A DNA stretch of 26,786 nucleotides from a virus (taxonomy: Duplodnaviria; Caudoviricetes), in IMG/VR virus record IMGVR_UViG_3300020042_004169, positions 1-26,786 of that record, one strand, 5' to 3'. The notes beneath the pieces were generated by a model, which did no database searches, was not told where the DNA came from, and worked only from the letters and a program-made list of their open reading frames with translations. Each line of letters starts with the position of its first letter. Position 1 is the stretch's first letter. Shown here piece after piece: positions 1-8,261 of this stretch. A program made the position numbers and the translations under genes.

Positions 1-1
1 C

Positions 2-187
2 ATGATTGACCAATTAAAAGATTACTTCCGCTTGCCATCAGCTAAAGAGTTGGCAATTAAAGAACTTGAAATGGCACATCGCAAGCTGCTAGTGGCTCTC
101 AGCGCCCAAGAATATGCAAAGCGTATGTGTGACTACCACTCAGACCGAATCAAACGCCTAACGGCTTATTTAAAGGATGAAACATGA
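2..187 (+). CDS. hypothetical phage protein (61 aa, helical)
   Basis: ORF whose stop overlaps the next start (ATGA 184-187). Confidence 0.7.
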   Translation: MIDQLKDYFRLPSAKELAIKELEMAHRKLLVALSAQEYAKRMCDYHSDRIKRLTAYLKDET

Positions 188-738
188 ACGTGCAAGAACT
201 ACTCAAACTGAATGTCAATGAGCATACAGAAAAGAAAAACAACCTGACTTACCTATCATGGGCTTGGGCATGGGCTGAAGCACTCAAGGCCGATGCCAAA
301 GCCACATTCAAAGTAGAAATGTTTGGCGACAAATGTTTCATGGACATAAACGGTACGGCAATGGTGTGGGTTACGGTCACCATGTTTGACAAGCCAATGA
401 CTTGCCAATTACCCGTGATGGATCACCGCAACAAAGCCATCCAAAGCCCCGATGCTTTCCAAGTTAACACCGCAATCATGCGTTGCATGACCAAAGCACT
501 TAGCTTGCATGGTCTTGGCCTATACATCTATGCGGGTGATGACTTGCCGCAAGGTGAAGAACCCGAGTCGACCATTGACCCAAATAGCATGACAGACCTA
601 TTCTTAGCTATCCACAACGCCACCACACAAGATGAATTGAAGTTGGCCTACAAAATAGCTTACTCGGCTTGTGATGGCGACAAGGCTTGGCAGATTAAAG
701 TGATTGCAGCAAAAGATGAAGCAAAGGGGAAGTTATGA
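184..738 (+). CDS. sak: Sak-type (Rad52-like, DUF1071) single-strand annealing protein
   Basis: Motifs EKKNNLTYLSWAWAW, LPVMDHRNKAI, NTAIMRCMTKALSLHGLGLYIYAGDDLP; SD AAGGA upstream. Confidence 0.9.
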   Translation: MNVQELLKLNVNEHTEKKNNLTYLSWAWAWAEALKADAKATFKVEMFGDKCFMDINGTAMVWVTVTMFDKPMTCQLPVMDHRNKAIQSPDAFQVNTAIMRCMTKALSLHGLGLYIYAGDDLPQGEEPESTIDPNSMTDLFLAIHNATTQDELKLAYKIAYSACDGDKAWQIKVIAAKDEAKGKL

Positions 739-962
739 CGCAAGATGAAATTATGCAATTTGCTCATGCGTCATCACATAACCATAAATGGTATTACATC
801 ATTGAGGGTACAAAAAAAGCATCCCCAACAGAAATGAAATTTTTAACAAAGTTTTCTAAATTAGTTGCACAACATGAAAGAAAGAAATTTTCATTGGTAT
901 TAAAACAATTACATGATCATTATTCTTTTGAAAACAAAATTGAATTTAAGGAAAAACTATGA
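735..962 (+). CDS. hypothetical protein, AT-rich accessory ORF
   Basis: ATGA overlaps at both ends; hand count about 27% GC over 741-960. Confidence 0.7.
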   Translation: MTQDEIMQFAHASSHNHKWYYIIEGTKKASPTEMKFLTKFSKLVAQHERKKFSLVLKQLHDHYSFENKIEFKEKL

Positions 963-1594
963 TTGAAATGATTGAACAAGGCTCTGACCAATGGTTTGCA
1001 GCCCGAATCGGTAAGGTCACCGCATCCCGTGTGGCCGATGTGCTTGCCAAGACTAAAACGGGCTACTCGGCAACCCGTGACAACTACATGGCTCAATTGG
1101 TGTGTGAACGCCTAACGGGTGAAAAGGGGGAAAGTTTTACCAATGCTGCTATGCAACACGGTACAGATACAGAACCACTTGCTAGAGCTGCTTATGAGGC
1201 TTTGCACGACGTTCTAGTAGATGAGGTTGGGTTTATTCCCCATCCATCCATCATCATGGCGGGCGCTTCCCCTGATGGCCTGGTTGGTGACGATGGTTTG
1301 TTAGAGATAAAAGCGCCCCAGACAGCCACGCACATTGAGACTTTGCTAAGTCAGACAGTGCCAGGAAAATACAACACGCAAATGCAATTCCAAATGGCTT
1401 GCACAAATCGTAGCTGGTGTGACTTTGTGTCTTTTGACAATCGTCTGCCCTCAGAACTTCAACTGTTTGTTAAACGTGTCCCACGGGACAATATGTATAT
1501 CAGACTTATGGAGGAGGAAATCGTCAAATTCTTAAATGAACTTGACATCAAAATTGCTCAACTTATGGAAATTAAAAATGTCAAAAATACTTAA
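959..1594 (+). CDS. YqaJ-like / lambda-type 5'-3' exonuclease
   Basis: EQGSDQWFAARIGKVTAS, AMQHGTDTEPLAR, GASPDGLV...LEIKAP (PD-(D/E)xK), QMQFQM, WCDFVSFD. Confidence 0.93.
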   Translation: MIEMIEQGSDQWFAARIGKVTASRVADVLAKTKTGYSATRDNYMAQLVCERLTGEKGESFTNAAMQHGTDTEPLARAAYEALHDVLVDEVGFIPHPSIIMAGASPDGLVGDDGLLEIKAPQTATHIETLLSQTVPGKYNTQMQFQMACTNRSWCDFVSFDNRLPSELQLFVKRVPRDNMYIRLMEEEIVKFLNELDIKIAQLMEIKNVKNT

Positions 1595-1820
1595 AGAAAT
1601 CAGCGTCATTCAGGGCACTTATGTGAACAAGGATGGTCAGCAGAAAAACCGATACCAAAAAATTGGTTCAATAATTGACACCAAAAACGGGGATATGTTA
1701 AAGCTAGATGTGACACCGCTTATCAAGGGCGGTTGGGATGGCTGGGCATATATCAATGACCCAAAACTTAGAGAGGGTTACCAAGGTTTACCAAAAGACG
1801 AAGACGATATACCATTTTAA
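1578..1820 (+). CDS. small ssDNA-binding-like protein (80 aa) with acidic SSB-type tail
   Basis: Probable start ATG 1578 (MSKILKE); beta-rich core, ends DEDDIPF; follows annealase and exonuclease. Confidence 0.65.
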   Translation: MSKILKEISVIQGTYVNKDGQQKNRYQKIGSIIDTKNGDMLKLDVTPLIKGGWDGWAYINDPKLREGYQGLPKDEDDIPF

Positions 1821-1826
1821 GCAAAC

Positions 1827-1883
1827 GGGGGGAAAGCTGCTTCATACTTTTTGAAAGCTTGTAGACGGGCAGTAAGTACCCCC
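1827..1883 (+). ncRNA. candidate structured RNA (extended hairpin with GAA/AGUA loop-E-type internal loop)
   Basis: GGGGG(1827-31)/CCCCC(1879-83); internal loop GAAA/AAGTA; GCTGCTT(1836-42)/GGGCAGT(1867-73); ends 7 nt before SD AGGAG (1891-95). Confidence 0.55.
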
Positions 1884-1898
1884 ACCTTTTAGGAGTTA

Positions 1899-2213
1899 AT
1901 GATGGACTACAAAAGAATGTTTGAGCAAATTTTTCTAGAGTTTCCACGGGTTAGAGCCAATGACCCAATCACCTCATTTGAGGCGGCAGAAGCCATAAAG
2001 CCCGTAGTATCAGAACATCATAGAATCATCTTTGAGTGCTTGGAAAAATATGGTGCTCTCGGCAAGGATGGAATATCAGCAAGAACTAACCTAGATGGCA
2101 ATCAAGTTGCTAGACGCTTGAATGAAATGAAAATTATTGGTTTAATTTATCTCACAGGCAATACAGTTAAATCAAACTCAGGTAGAAACGAAAGAGAATG
2201 GTCAATATGCTAG
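1899..2213 (+). CDS. putative winged-HTH DNA-binding protein
   Basis: SD AGGAG; RANDPITSFEAA N-terminal motif, HTH-like GKDGISARTNLDGNQVARRLNEM, wing SNSGRNEREW. Confidence 0.65.
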   Translation: MMDYKRMFEQIFLEFPRVRANDPITSFEAAEAIKPVVSEHHRIIFECLEKYGALGKDGISARTNLDGNQVARRLNEMKIIGLIYLTGNTVKSNSGRNEREWSIC

Positions 2214-2389
2214 AAAAACCACCTTACTCAAAGATCAGTTACCCATCACTGGCAAACAAAGACTTTAAATGGGAGTCTGGTTCAGACGTTCAAGCCATCT
2301 GGAAAAAGTACGGGTGGACACCGCCTAGTGAGAAAATGCAACCCCCACCGCCTGAGAAGTTCCAAGAGCCACTTAGAAGGGTTAGGTAA
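2207..2389 (+). CDS. hypothetical phage protein (Pro-rich, DVQAIWKKYGWTPPSE motif)
   Basis: ORF overlapping the upstream stop; start 2207 or 2198; last gene of the + strand unit. Confidence 0.6.
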   Translation: MLEKPPYSKISYPSLANKDFKWESGSDVQAIWKKYGWTPPSEKMQPPPPEKFQEPLRRVR

Positions 2390-2885
2390 GAAATAAGGCA
2401 ACTTCAGCTTTGCGCCTTTTGACCAGCCCTGCAATTTCTTTACCGCCAGCCTTAGTCCATGACATAAAAGCTTCGGCTGCCCCCTCCCAATCACCACGGT
2501 TAACCTTCATGCGAATGGTTGACCGTTGGTAGTTGCCTAGCCCTGCGTTGTACGCCATAGAAACGCAAGCGTCGAATTTGCTTTGATGACTAACAAGAGC
2601 AGGAGAAAGTCGAAGAACACCACGCTCAAAAAGATTGATGTCCACTTTGAATAAATCAACCAGTTCCTCTTTTGACCATACACGATTGTCTTCCCCTTTT
2701 AATTGGTAATCAGACCTGATAAGCCCTGTGTAACCCTCTTTACGCACGTTGGGTAGGTTTAACTGGTCGCTGTACATTGCGTGCCCCCAGCCCACTGTCC
2801 AAATGGCGGCACTGCACCGATACGGGCGTGCCCTGTAGCCCTCAAAAAAGTGCATCAGGTGTTCGCCCTTTTCGCTAATTTTCAT
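2382..2885 (-). CDS. endolysin, GH24 phage lysozyme
   Basis: E-x8-C-x5-T triad (FEGYRARPYRCSAAIWTVGWGH), FDACVSMAYNAG, GLVKRRKAE; no N-terminal SAR segment. Confidence 0.93.
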   Translation of the reverse strand: MKISEKGEHLMHFFEGYRARPYRCSAAIWTVGWGHAMYSDQLNLPNVRKEGYTGLIRSDYQLKGEDNRVWSKEELVDLFKVDINLFERGVLRLSPALVSHQSKFDACVSMAYNAGLGNYQRSTIRMKVNRGDWEGAAEAFMSWTKAGGKEIAGLVKRRKAEVALFLT

Positions 2886-3385
2886 TTCTTAGACCATGAA
2901 CGTGAGCCAAACCAGAACCCAATGATGCCGCCGAGCATAGCCATTTCATCAGTGCTAAACAGAATATCAGTCAAACGCACCAAGTCATCCATACTTGTAA
3001 CCAAAGCTGGGCGGGTGTAAATGTAGTAAGCCATCCAAGCGTTGATTGCACACAGCTCAAGCACAAAGATATAAGTCACCATTGGGCGAACAGTACCTAC
3101 AAAGTTCACCACCCAACGACTTGCATTGTCCATGACTTTCTTGTCGTGGTCATAGGCCGCCACGGTCATCTCTGCATCTGTCTGCATGGCAATCTGATCG
3201 GTGCGTATTTCTTCCATGCGCTCTTGTGCCGCAAAGCCCTGCGCCATCATCTGTAGTTGCATCTGCACTTGAATTTGCGCCAAAGCTAACTCATGCTTCT
3301 GGTCAGCCTTGTTTTGAAAGAACTCTAAAAGTTTAGGCAAACCCGATATGAGCAAACCGCCAAGGGTAGAGAATAGTGAAAGCAT
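2882..3385 (-). CDS. holin-like membrane protein (3TM / GTA-holin-like)
   Basis: DQKHELAL, VRPMVTY, C-terminal IIGFWFGSR, hydrophobic segments, coupled to the endolysin by ATGA. Confidence 0.75.
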   Translation of the reverse strand: MLSLFSTLGGLLISGLPKLLEFFQNKADQKHELALAQIQVQMQLQMMAQGFAAQERMEEIRTDQIAMQTDAEMTVAAYDHDKKVMDNASRWVVNFVGTVRPMVTYIFVLELCAINAWMAYYIYTRPALVTSMDDLVRLTDILFSTDEMAMLGGIIGFWFGSRSWSKK

Positions 3386-3534
3386 TACAGTCCAATCATT
3401 CCAAGTAGTTTATTTACAATTTTGTCAGCTAGGGGGTCAGGAATAAACTGAAGCAGCCCAAGCACCCATATTGCCACACACAGCCTGACTGCAATTTTAC
3501 AAAAGAGTTCAAACTGTTTTTGGTACTCATTCAT
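3385..3534 (-). CDS. small membrane protein (49 aa), not in ORF track
   Basis: MNEYQKQFELFCKIAVRLCVAIWVLGLLQFIPDPLADKIVNKLLGMIGL; ATGA overlap upstream and TAATG overlap downstream fill the gap exactly. Confidence 0.75.
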   Translation of the reverse strand: MNEYQKQFELFCKIAVRLCVAIWVLGLLQFIPDPLADKIVNKLLGMIGL

Positions 3535-4028
3535 CGCCCACATCTGCGAGTTGTATCACAGAATTCTTTTAACTCAATTAGACCAACGACCACCAAAAAC
3601 ACCAGTAAACAAACAGCACCAATGCCCAAGCCGATCTCAAAATCTTGCTGTTCTTTTTCCTTACGCCTCTTATCTTCTAGCTTTGCATCTCGGGCGGCAA
3701 TAGCATCATCTCTGTCCATCTCTGAGGCTCTGGCTTTAATCTTGTTCCATACGTCTATATTGCCAGTTTGCATATATAGGAGTTGAAGCTCAGACTCCAG
3801 CTTGGCACTTTGCATCAACGCATTTTCAATCTGCATTGCCACGCTAAAGTTGGACTTATTTCCAGACCTTTTGGTCTCAACCATCGCCTTGGTTGCTTGA
3901 CTCTTAGCGTCAAACATCCGACCAACCATGACCCCCAAACCACCTAGATCGTTGGCAACTTTAGCCGCTTTGCGTACAAGCTGAATGGCATTTTGTAAAC
4001 CATCTAGTGCTGCAACTGGGTCAATCAT
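3531..4028 (-). CDS. coiled-coil protein with C-terminal TM helix (lysis region)
   Basis: Start MIDPVAAL at 4028 overlaps the upstream TGA; TM IGLGIGAVCLLVFLVVVGLI. Confidence 0.75.
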   Translation of the reverse strand: MIDPVAALDGLQNAIQLVRKAAKVANDLGGLGVMVGRMFDAKSQATKAMVETKRSGNKSNFSVAMQIENALMQSAKLESELQLLYMQTGNIDVWNKIKARASEMDRDDAIAARDAKLEDKRRKEKEQQDFEIGLGIGAVCLLVFLVVVGLIELKEFCDTTRRCGR

Positions 4029-4171
4029 TTCCGTACAACCTTTTCCCACTGTAGGCAAACAACTTTGCGGTTATAAACATCACCCGTCCACGCCCACCTT
4101 ACACAGCGGTATTCATCTTTTTTGCTAGTGGTTTGCGGTAAAAGTATAAATATAACCAAAAACCATTTCAT
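4025..4171 (-). CDS. small exported/membrane protein (48 aa, two Cys)
   Basis: MKWFLVIFILLPQ...EYRCVRWAWTGDVYNRKVVCLQW; start 4171 coupled by ATGA. Confidence 0.65.
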   Translation of the reverse strand: MKWFLVIFILLPQTTSKKDEYRCVRWAWTGDVYNRKVVCLQWEKVVRK

Positions 4172-4260
4172 CCCCATATCCAAATTAAGGTGAATGTACC
4201 CCAAACAACGAAGATAAATATAAAGGCCGCAACGATTAACGCTTCGACCCAATCTTTCAT
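4168..4260 (-). CDS. 30-aa single-TM peptide, not in ORF track
   Basis: MKDWVEALIVAAFIFIFVVWGTFTLIWIWG; ATGA overlaps at both ends. Confidence 0.7.
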   Translation of the reverse strand: MKDWVEALIVAAFIFIFVVWGTFTLIWIWG

Positions 4261-4454
4261 AAGCCTATTATTTTTTTGACTAATTCACCCGCAAAGCCTG
4301 GCCCTAGCAAAACTGCCGCAATCACCACATAAAGCAAATACTCAATGCGTGTCATGCGCTGTGAACCTGACTCAAAGGACTTCTCAATGGCGGCATACCT
4401 CTCAGCACAAACCGCCTCATGAACAGCAAGCCGTGTGTCAGTATCCTCGAGCAT
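4257..4454 (-). CDS. XhlA/holin-like small protein (coiled coil + C-terminal TM)
   Basis: LAVHEAVCAERY...RMTRIEYLLYVVIAAVLLGPG; TAATG coupling. Confidence 0.65.
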   Translation of the reverse strand: MLEDTDTRLAVHEAVCAERYAAIEKSFESGSQRMTRIEYLLYVVIAAVLLGPGFAGELVKKIIGL

Positions 4455-4807
4455 TAAATGCCCTCGCCCTGCACGATGTAAACAGTAGATGCAGAAGATG
4501 CCAAGCCACTGAAAAAAGATTCACGACCAAAGCGCAGGATTTCAATAGCACCAGGCACTAGCACGATAGCCGCAGATGGTGTACCAGCGATTGGAGCGAC
4601 CGCATTAGCCGTTGCGATTGCCGCTGTGCTACCAACTCCCAAAAACACCGTATTTGAGCTGTCGTTAACAATTCGATATTGACCCGTACCTTGTGCGTCA
4701 AGTCTACCGCTTACAAGAGCCTGAACACCAGTTGGTGCAGTAGCTGCCGCAGGAACTACTACCGTTTCGCCTAGTGGGGCAAATGCAATTTGTGAATTTG
4801 TGGACAT
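4454..4807 (-). CDS. hypothetical beta-rich protein, probably virion-associated
   Basis: SD AAGGAG; QYRIVN..VFLGVG, VYIVQGEG C-terminus. Confidence 0.7.
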   Translation of the reverse strand: MSTNSQIAFAPLGETVVVPAAATAPTGVQALVSGRLDAQGTGQYRIVNDSSNTVFLGVGSTAAIATANAVAPIAGTPSAAIVLVPGAIEILRFGRESFFSGLASSASTVYIVQGEGI

Positions 4808-4808
4808 T

Positions 4809-4994
4809 TCAGACTCCTTGTTGTGCGTTAAAAATTTCTATTCTGTGTGCTTCTGCCAATTCTGCATCTCTTGCAGCTATAGCAATCTCGGTCAGTGTTG
4901 TTAACTCCTGCATCTTAATGGCGTTTTCTGTTGCAATTTTCAATGTTTCCTCAGAAACAGACTGATTGCCAAAGTTTCGTGCAATATTTTGCAT
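4809..4994 (-). CDS. hypothetical protein (61 aa) downstream of tailspike
   Basis: SD AAAGGA before ATG 4994 (MQNIARNFG); the longer 5225 start overlaps the tailspike and is unlikely. Confidence 0.6.
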   Translation of the reverse strand: MQNIARNFGNQSVSEETLKIATENAIKMQELTTLTEIAIAARDAELAEAHRIEIFNAQQGV

Positions 4995-5010
4995 GATGAT
5001 ATCCTTTAAA

Positions 5011-6450
5011 TTATGCTTTGAGAATTGTCGCAACCCAATTGAAATATGTATCAGCTGCAACTGGTGCGCCAGCTTGAAAAGAAAATGTAGTCGCTGTAAG
5101 AGCTGATACAAAAACGTCAACAGTTGGTATAAGTCTTGGCGTAATAATGATGTCTTGCGACAAAGGTTGAGCCGCCAATCCATGATTAACAGTAACTTGG
5201 AACGTGCCAGCAAGCATAGTTGCATCGCCTGAAGTTTTTGTTACAAATCCAATGTTGTTTGTAACATGGCGGTTTGTACCTGTTGCGCCAACCAACATAG
5301 CCCCACCAGTGCCGTTTGTGCCGAAATTATTGTTGGCAATTAGAAAACGGTTGCCTGTTCCAACTAAGATAGCTAGACCGTAATTTTGTGATCCAGTTGA
5401 GCCGTGGCCGTTTCTAAAATTGCTGTTTGTAACGGTAAAGTTGTTGGCATTTGCGGCAACAGTCAAACCATTACCAGTATTCAATACTGTTGTGCTGTTT
5501 CCAATAAAGCTGCAATCATCAAAAATTGTATCTTCAGCAAATGCGCCAATAACTGCCCCACTGCCGCCGTTATTGAAAAAATTGCAACCTAAGAAAACTA
5601 TATTTTCTGTTGTTGCCGTTGTGCCAATTTCAAGTCCATTACCAGGTCGATTGCTAAAAAAGCATCCAGTAAATGTCATATCTACAGAATGCCGCAGAAA
5701 AACGCCAGTAGTAGACGAATCAAAAGAACAAGCAAAGAATCTGCAAAACTCTGGCCGCGCATTTACACCATATCCCGCAGCGGTAGCGTAAAGGTTATAA
5801 GAAGACACATTCAAGATGCAACTGTAAAAAGTCATCTCATCGCACATATCTTCCAAATATACAGAGGAAAAACTATCGCCTCGGTCATTGGGATTACCCG
5901 AAATTACGCTGTTTGCCACATAGCTGTCAAAGTTAAAACCACCGTGAAACCAATACCCAACATACTTAAACATTTGTACATCAACGGCATCATATTTCAC
6001 AACATTGGATTGCGTTGAATCAATACCAATGTAGCAACCCTCGATTGTGATTTCTGACAACTGACTAAAATATGTCTTGTAAAGTTTGATACCAGCACCA
6101 GCAACAACGCCGGCCCTAGCTTGCGTGTTTATAACTTTAAAAGAATGCAGATTTAAATTGCTCATAATAGTATTTAAACCGTTATGAACATAAAAAACAT
6201 CAATCCCTGTACTCACAGAAAAAACTGTATTTGCTCTGCTTGCGCCAAAAAATGTAATCGATCTGTTGATATTGACGGTGCTGGTAATTTTATATATCCC
6301 AGTTGGGGCGTACACAGACCCTGCGCCACTATCGATGGCTGCTTGAATAGCTGCCGTATCATCGGCAACGCCATCACCAACCGCACCAAAGTCCAGCACG
6401 TTAGCTACTGCACCTTCAATCATTGAATAAGAAACTTTTGTAAGTGCCAT
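5011..6450 (-). CDS. tailspike / depolymerase, right-handed beta-helix (pectate lyase 3-like)
   Basis: NVLDFGAVGDGVADDTAAIQAAIDSG...VYAPTGIYKITS, Asn/Gly-rich beta-helix repeats, C-terminal VTVNHGL...FNWVA domain; SD AAGGA. Confidence 0.88.
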   Translation of the reverse strand: MALTKVSYSMIEGAVANVLDFGAVGDGVADDTAAIQAAIDSGAGSVYAPTGIYKITSTVNINRSITFFGASRANTVFSVSTGIDVFYVHNGLNTIMSNLNLHSFKVINTQARAGVVAGAGIKLYKTYFSQLSEITIEGCYIGIDSTQSNVVKYDAVDVQMFKYVGYWFHGGFNFDSYVANSVISGNPNDRGDSFSSVYLEDMCDEMTFYSCILNVSSYNLYATAAGYGVNARPEFCRFFACSFDSSTTGVFLRHSVDMTFTGCFFSNRPGNGLEIGTTATTENIVFLGCNFFNNGGSGAVIGAFAEDTIFDDCSFIGNSTTVLNTGNGLTVAANANNFTVTNSNFRNGHGSTGSQNYGLAILVGTGNRFLIANNNFGTNGTGGAMLVGATGTNRHVTNNIGFVTKTSGDATMLAGTFQVTVNHGLAAQPLSQDIIITPRLIPTVDVFVSALTATTFSFQAGAPVAADTYFNWVATILKA

Positions 6451-6473
6451 GTTTTTTCCTTAGAACTGGTTTA

Positions 6474-6839
6474 TTAAATTGTTGTAATTTCAACCCAAGC
6501 CAATTGTTCTTCATTCCAAGAATATCGTTTGTTGTCAGTAGGCATTGGTGTTGGGGCTTCCCAAAGACAAGTTGTTTCGTTTAAAACCCAAGATGCAAAA
6601 GGCTGTGGTGGGATAAACGCATCACGCTGGGTGTCATAGGTAAAACCAATGCCTGCATAATTTTTACGAATGTTTCTGTTGTAACTTGTTTGAATCCACT
6701 TACCACTTAAAAGATTTTCACAAAACAAAATGCCAACGGATTCTTTTTCAATACCGTTTTCATCTAACGTATCAGTATTGTCAACCACAATCACTTGTAG
6801 AACGACACCGTTTTCATCTATTTGAGCAAAATGTGCCAT
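6474..6839 (-). CDS. tail-fibre-associated protein (MAHFA family)
   Basis: MAHFAQID, WIQTSYN, RKNYAGIGFTYD, DAFIPPQPFASW, WEAPTPMP, YSWNEE; typical partner of glycine-rich fibre genes. Confidence 0.75.
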   Translation of the reverse strand: MAHFAQIDENGVVLQVIVVDNTDTLDENGIEKESVGILFCENLLSGKWIQTSYNRNIRKNYAGIGFTYDTQRDAFIPPQPFASWVLNETTCLWEAPTPMPTDNKRYSWNEEQLAWVEITTI

Positions 6840-7657
6840 TATGAAATCCTATATCGGACAATAACAATTCCAGAGCCACCGCTATCTGCTTGCCCTCCAC
6901 CACTTCCAGAATTAGCAGCACCTGCGCCTGCTGGGTTACCGGCTACGCCTCCGTTTGTGCCTCCACCACCTCCACCAGCCCTTGTTACAGCCGTGCCTGT
7001 AATGTCACTAGAAAGACCAGAACCTCCATTGCCACCATTTTTGTTAGTCGGAGTTACACCGACTGAACCTGCACCGCCGCCGCCACCAGAACCCCAATCT
7101 GGGTCTGTTCCAGAGTCAAATCCATTCCCGCCTCCAAAACCTTGGGCAGCTGTTCCTGCTCCACCTGAAGAAGGAGAGCCGTTATCTCCACGACCTCCGC
7201 CTCCGCTTCCACCTGCGCCTCCTGCCGAGCCACTACTGTTAGAGCCACCGCCACCACCCAAAGAAGTTATTGACCCAAAAACGCTATTACTACCAGTGCC
7301 AACCGCACCAGCACCAACGGTGCAGGTGTAACTTGTAACTGTTGCTGTTATACGAGCCTCAGCAGTTGTGTTTCTGCCTGAAGTTTGCCCCGGCACTGAG
7401 GTGCGATAACCACCTCCACCACCACCGCCTGCTTGACTTGAACTCGAACCACCACCACCCGCAATGACAAGATACTCTAAAAGGTCTCCATCTGTAATTC
7501 CGCTACTTAGCGAGGTCACAGTAAATGTCCCACTGCCAGTAAATGTGTGGATTTTGTAATTCCCGCTAGTAGTAATAGTTCCACCAGTAGCCACTAAAGC
7601 GGCAGGAGCAGTAAAAGAACGCTGGTTTTGAAAGACAGCTTGTAGTGCACCGCTCAT
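6839..7657 (-). CDS. glycine-rich tail-fibre/adhesin-like protein
   Basis: ATGGTIT..GNYKIHTFTGSGTF, EYLVIAGGGG, poly-Gly runs, GGSGIVIVRY; start 7657 coupled by ATGA. Confidence 0.8.
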   Translation of the reverse strand: MSGALQAVFQNQRSFTAPAALVATGGTITTSGNYKIHTFTGSGTFTVTSLSSGITDGDLLEYLVIAGGGGSSSSQAGGGGGGGYRTSVPGQTSGRNTTAEARITATVTSYTCTVGAGAVGTGSNSVFGSITSLGGGGGSNSSGSAGGAGGSGGGGRGDNGSPSSGGAGTAAQGFGGGNGFDSGTDPDWGSGGGGGAGSVGVTPTNKNGGNGGSGLSSDITGTAVTRAGGGGGGTNGGVAGNPAGAGAANSGSGGGQADSGGSGIVIVRYRIS

Positions 7658-8250
7658 GTTAGACCGCTCCCTGAAATAAGCCATTCAGTTGAGGTGATCT
7701 TGATGCAGGTTGCCGACCCGTACCGAGCTAAGGTTCGTGAGCCTGTTGTACCTGCGGGAGATAAAGTTAATGTGTCTGTCGTGATAGCAATCGTGACGTT
7801 TGCCACAGCCATATTGATAAATGTGATGGCTGTACCGATGGGGTAGGCCACAGAACTGTTTGCAGGGATTGTAAATGTCCTTGCGTTGTTGTCACCAACG
7901 GGGTGGAAGATGTGCTTTCCTGCATCAGCCAAAACTAGTGTATAAGCAGCAGATTGGCTGTTCTGTGGAATATTTCTAAACCCAACTGCATCTGTGCCGT
8001 CAACTGTGCAAGATGATAATGTTCCGCTTGATGGTGTACCTAACGCACCACTTGGTGCTATGTAATCTGTACCCGCAGTAGCCGCAGATATTGCCGTACC
8101 GTTACCTTTTAAAACACCCGTAATGGATGTTGATAAAGTAATAGCAGGCGTTGTTGTTGCCGTGGCTACCGTTCCAGCTAAACCATTTGCAGAAACTACG
8201 CTAACTGAGGATACTGTGCCGCCACCAGCCGTTGAAATTGATTTTAACAT
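7654..8250 (-). CDS. tail-fibre-like structural protein
   Basis: GTVSSVSV, IPQNSQSAAYTLVLADAGKHI, TIPANSSVAYPIGTAI, WLISGSGLT. Confidence 0.75.
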   Translation of the reverse strand: MLKSISTAGGGTVSSVSVVSANGLAGTVATATTTPAITLSTSITGVLKGNGTAISAATAGTDYIAPSGALGTPSSGTLSSCTVDGTDAVGFRNIPQNSQSAAYTLVLADAGKHIFHPVGDNNARTFTIPANSSVAYPIGTAITFINMAVANVTIAITTDTLTLSPAGTTGSRTLARYGSATCIKITSTEWLISGSGLT

Positions 8251-8261
8251 TTGTCACTTCC

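Noticed and set aside
4995-5225. 138-aa extended version of ORF 4809-5225
   Set aside because: The extension overlaps the tailspike 3' end out of frame; the SD supports a start at 4994
6822-7331. Pro-rich 169-aa + strand ORF (and other + strand ORFs across 2781-26576)
   Set aside because: Antisense shadows of - strand genes; poly-Pro mirrors the poly-Gly codons, with no SD or family motifs
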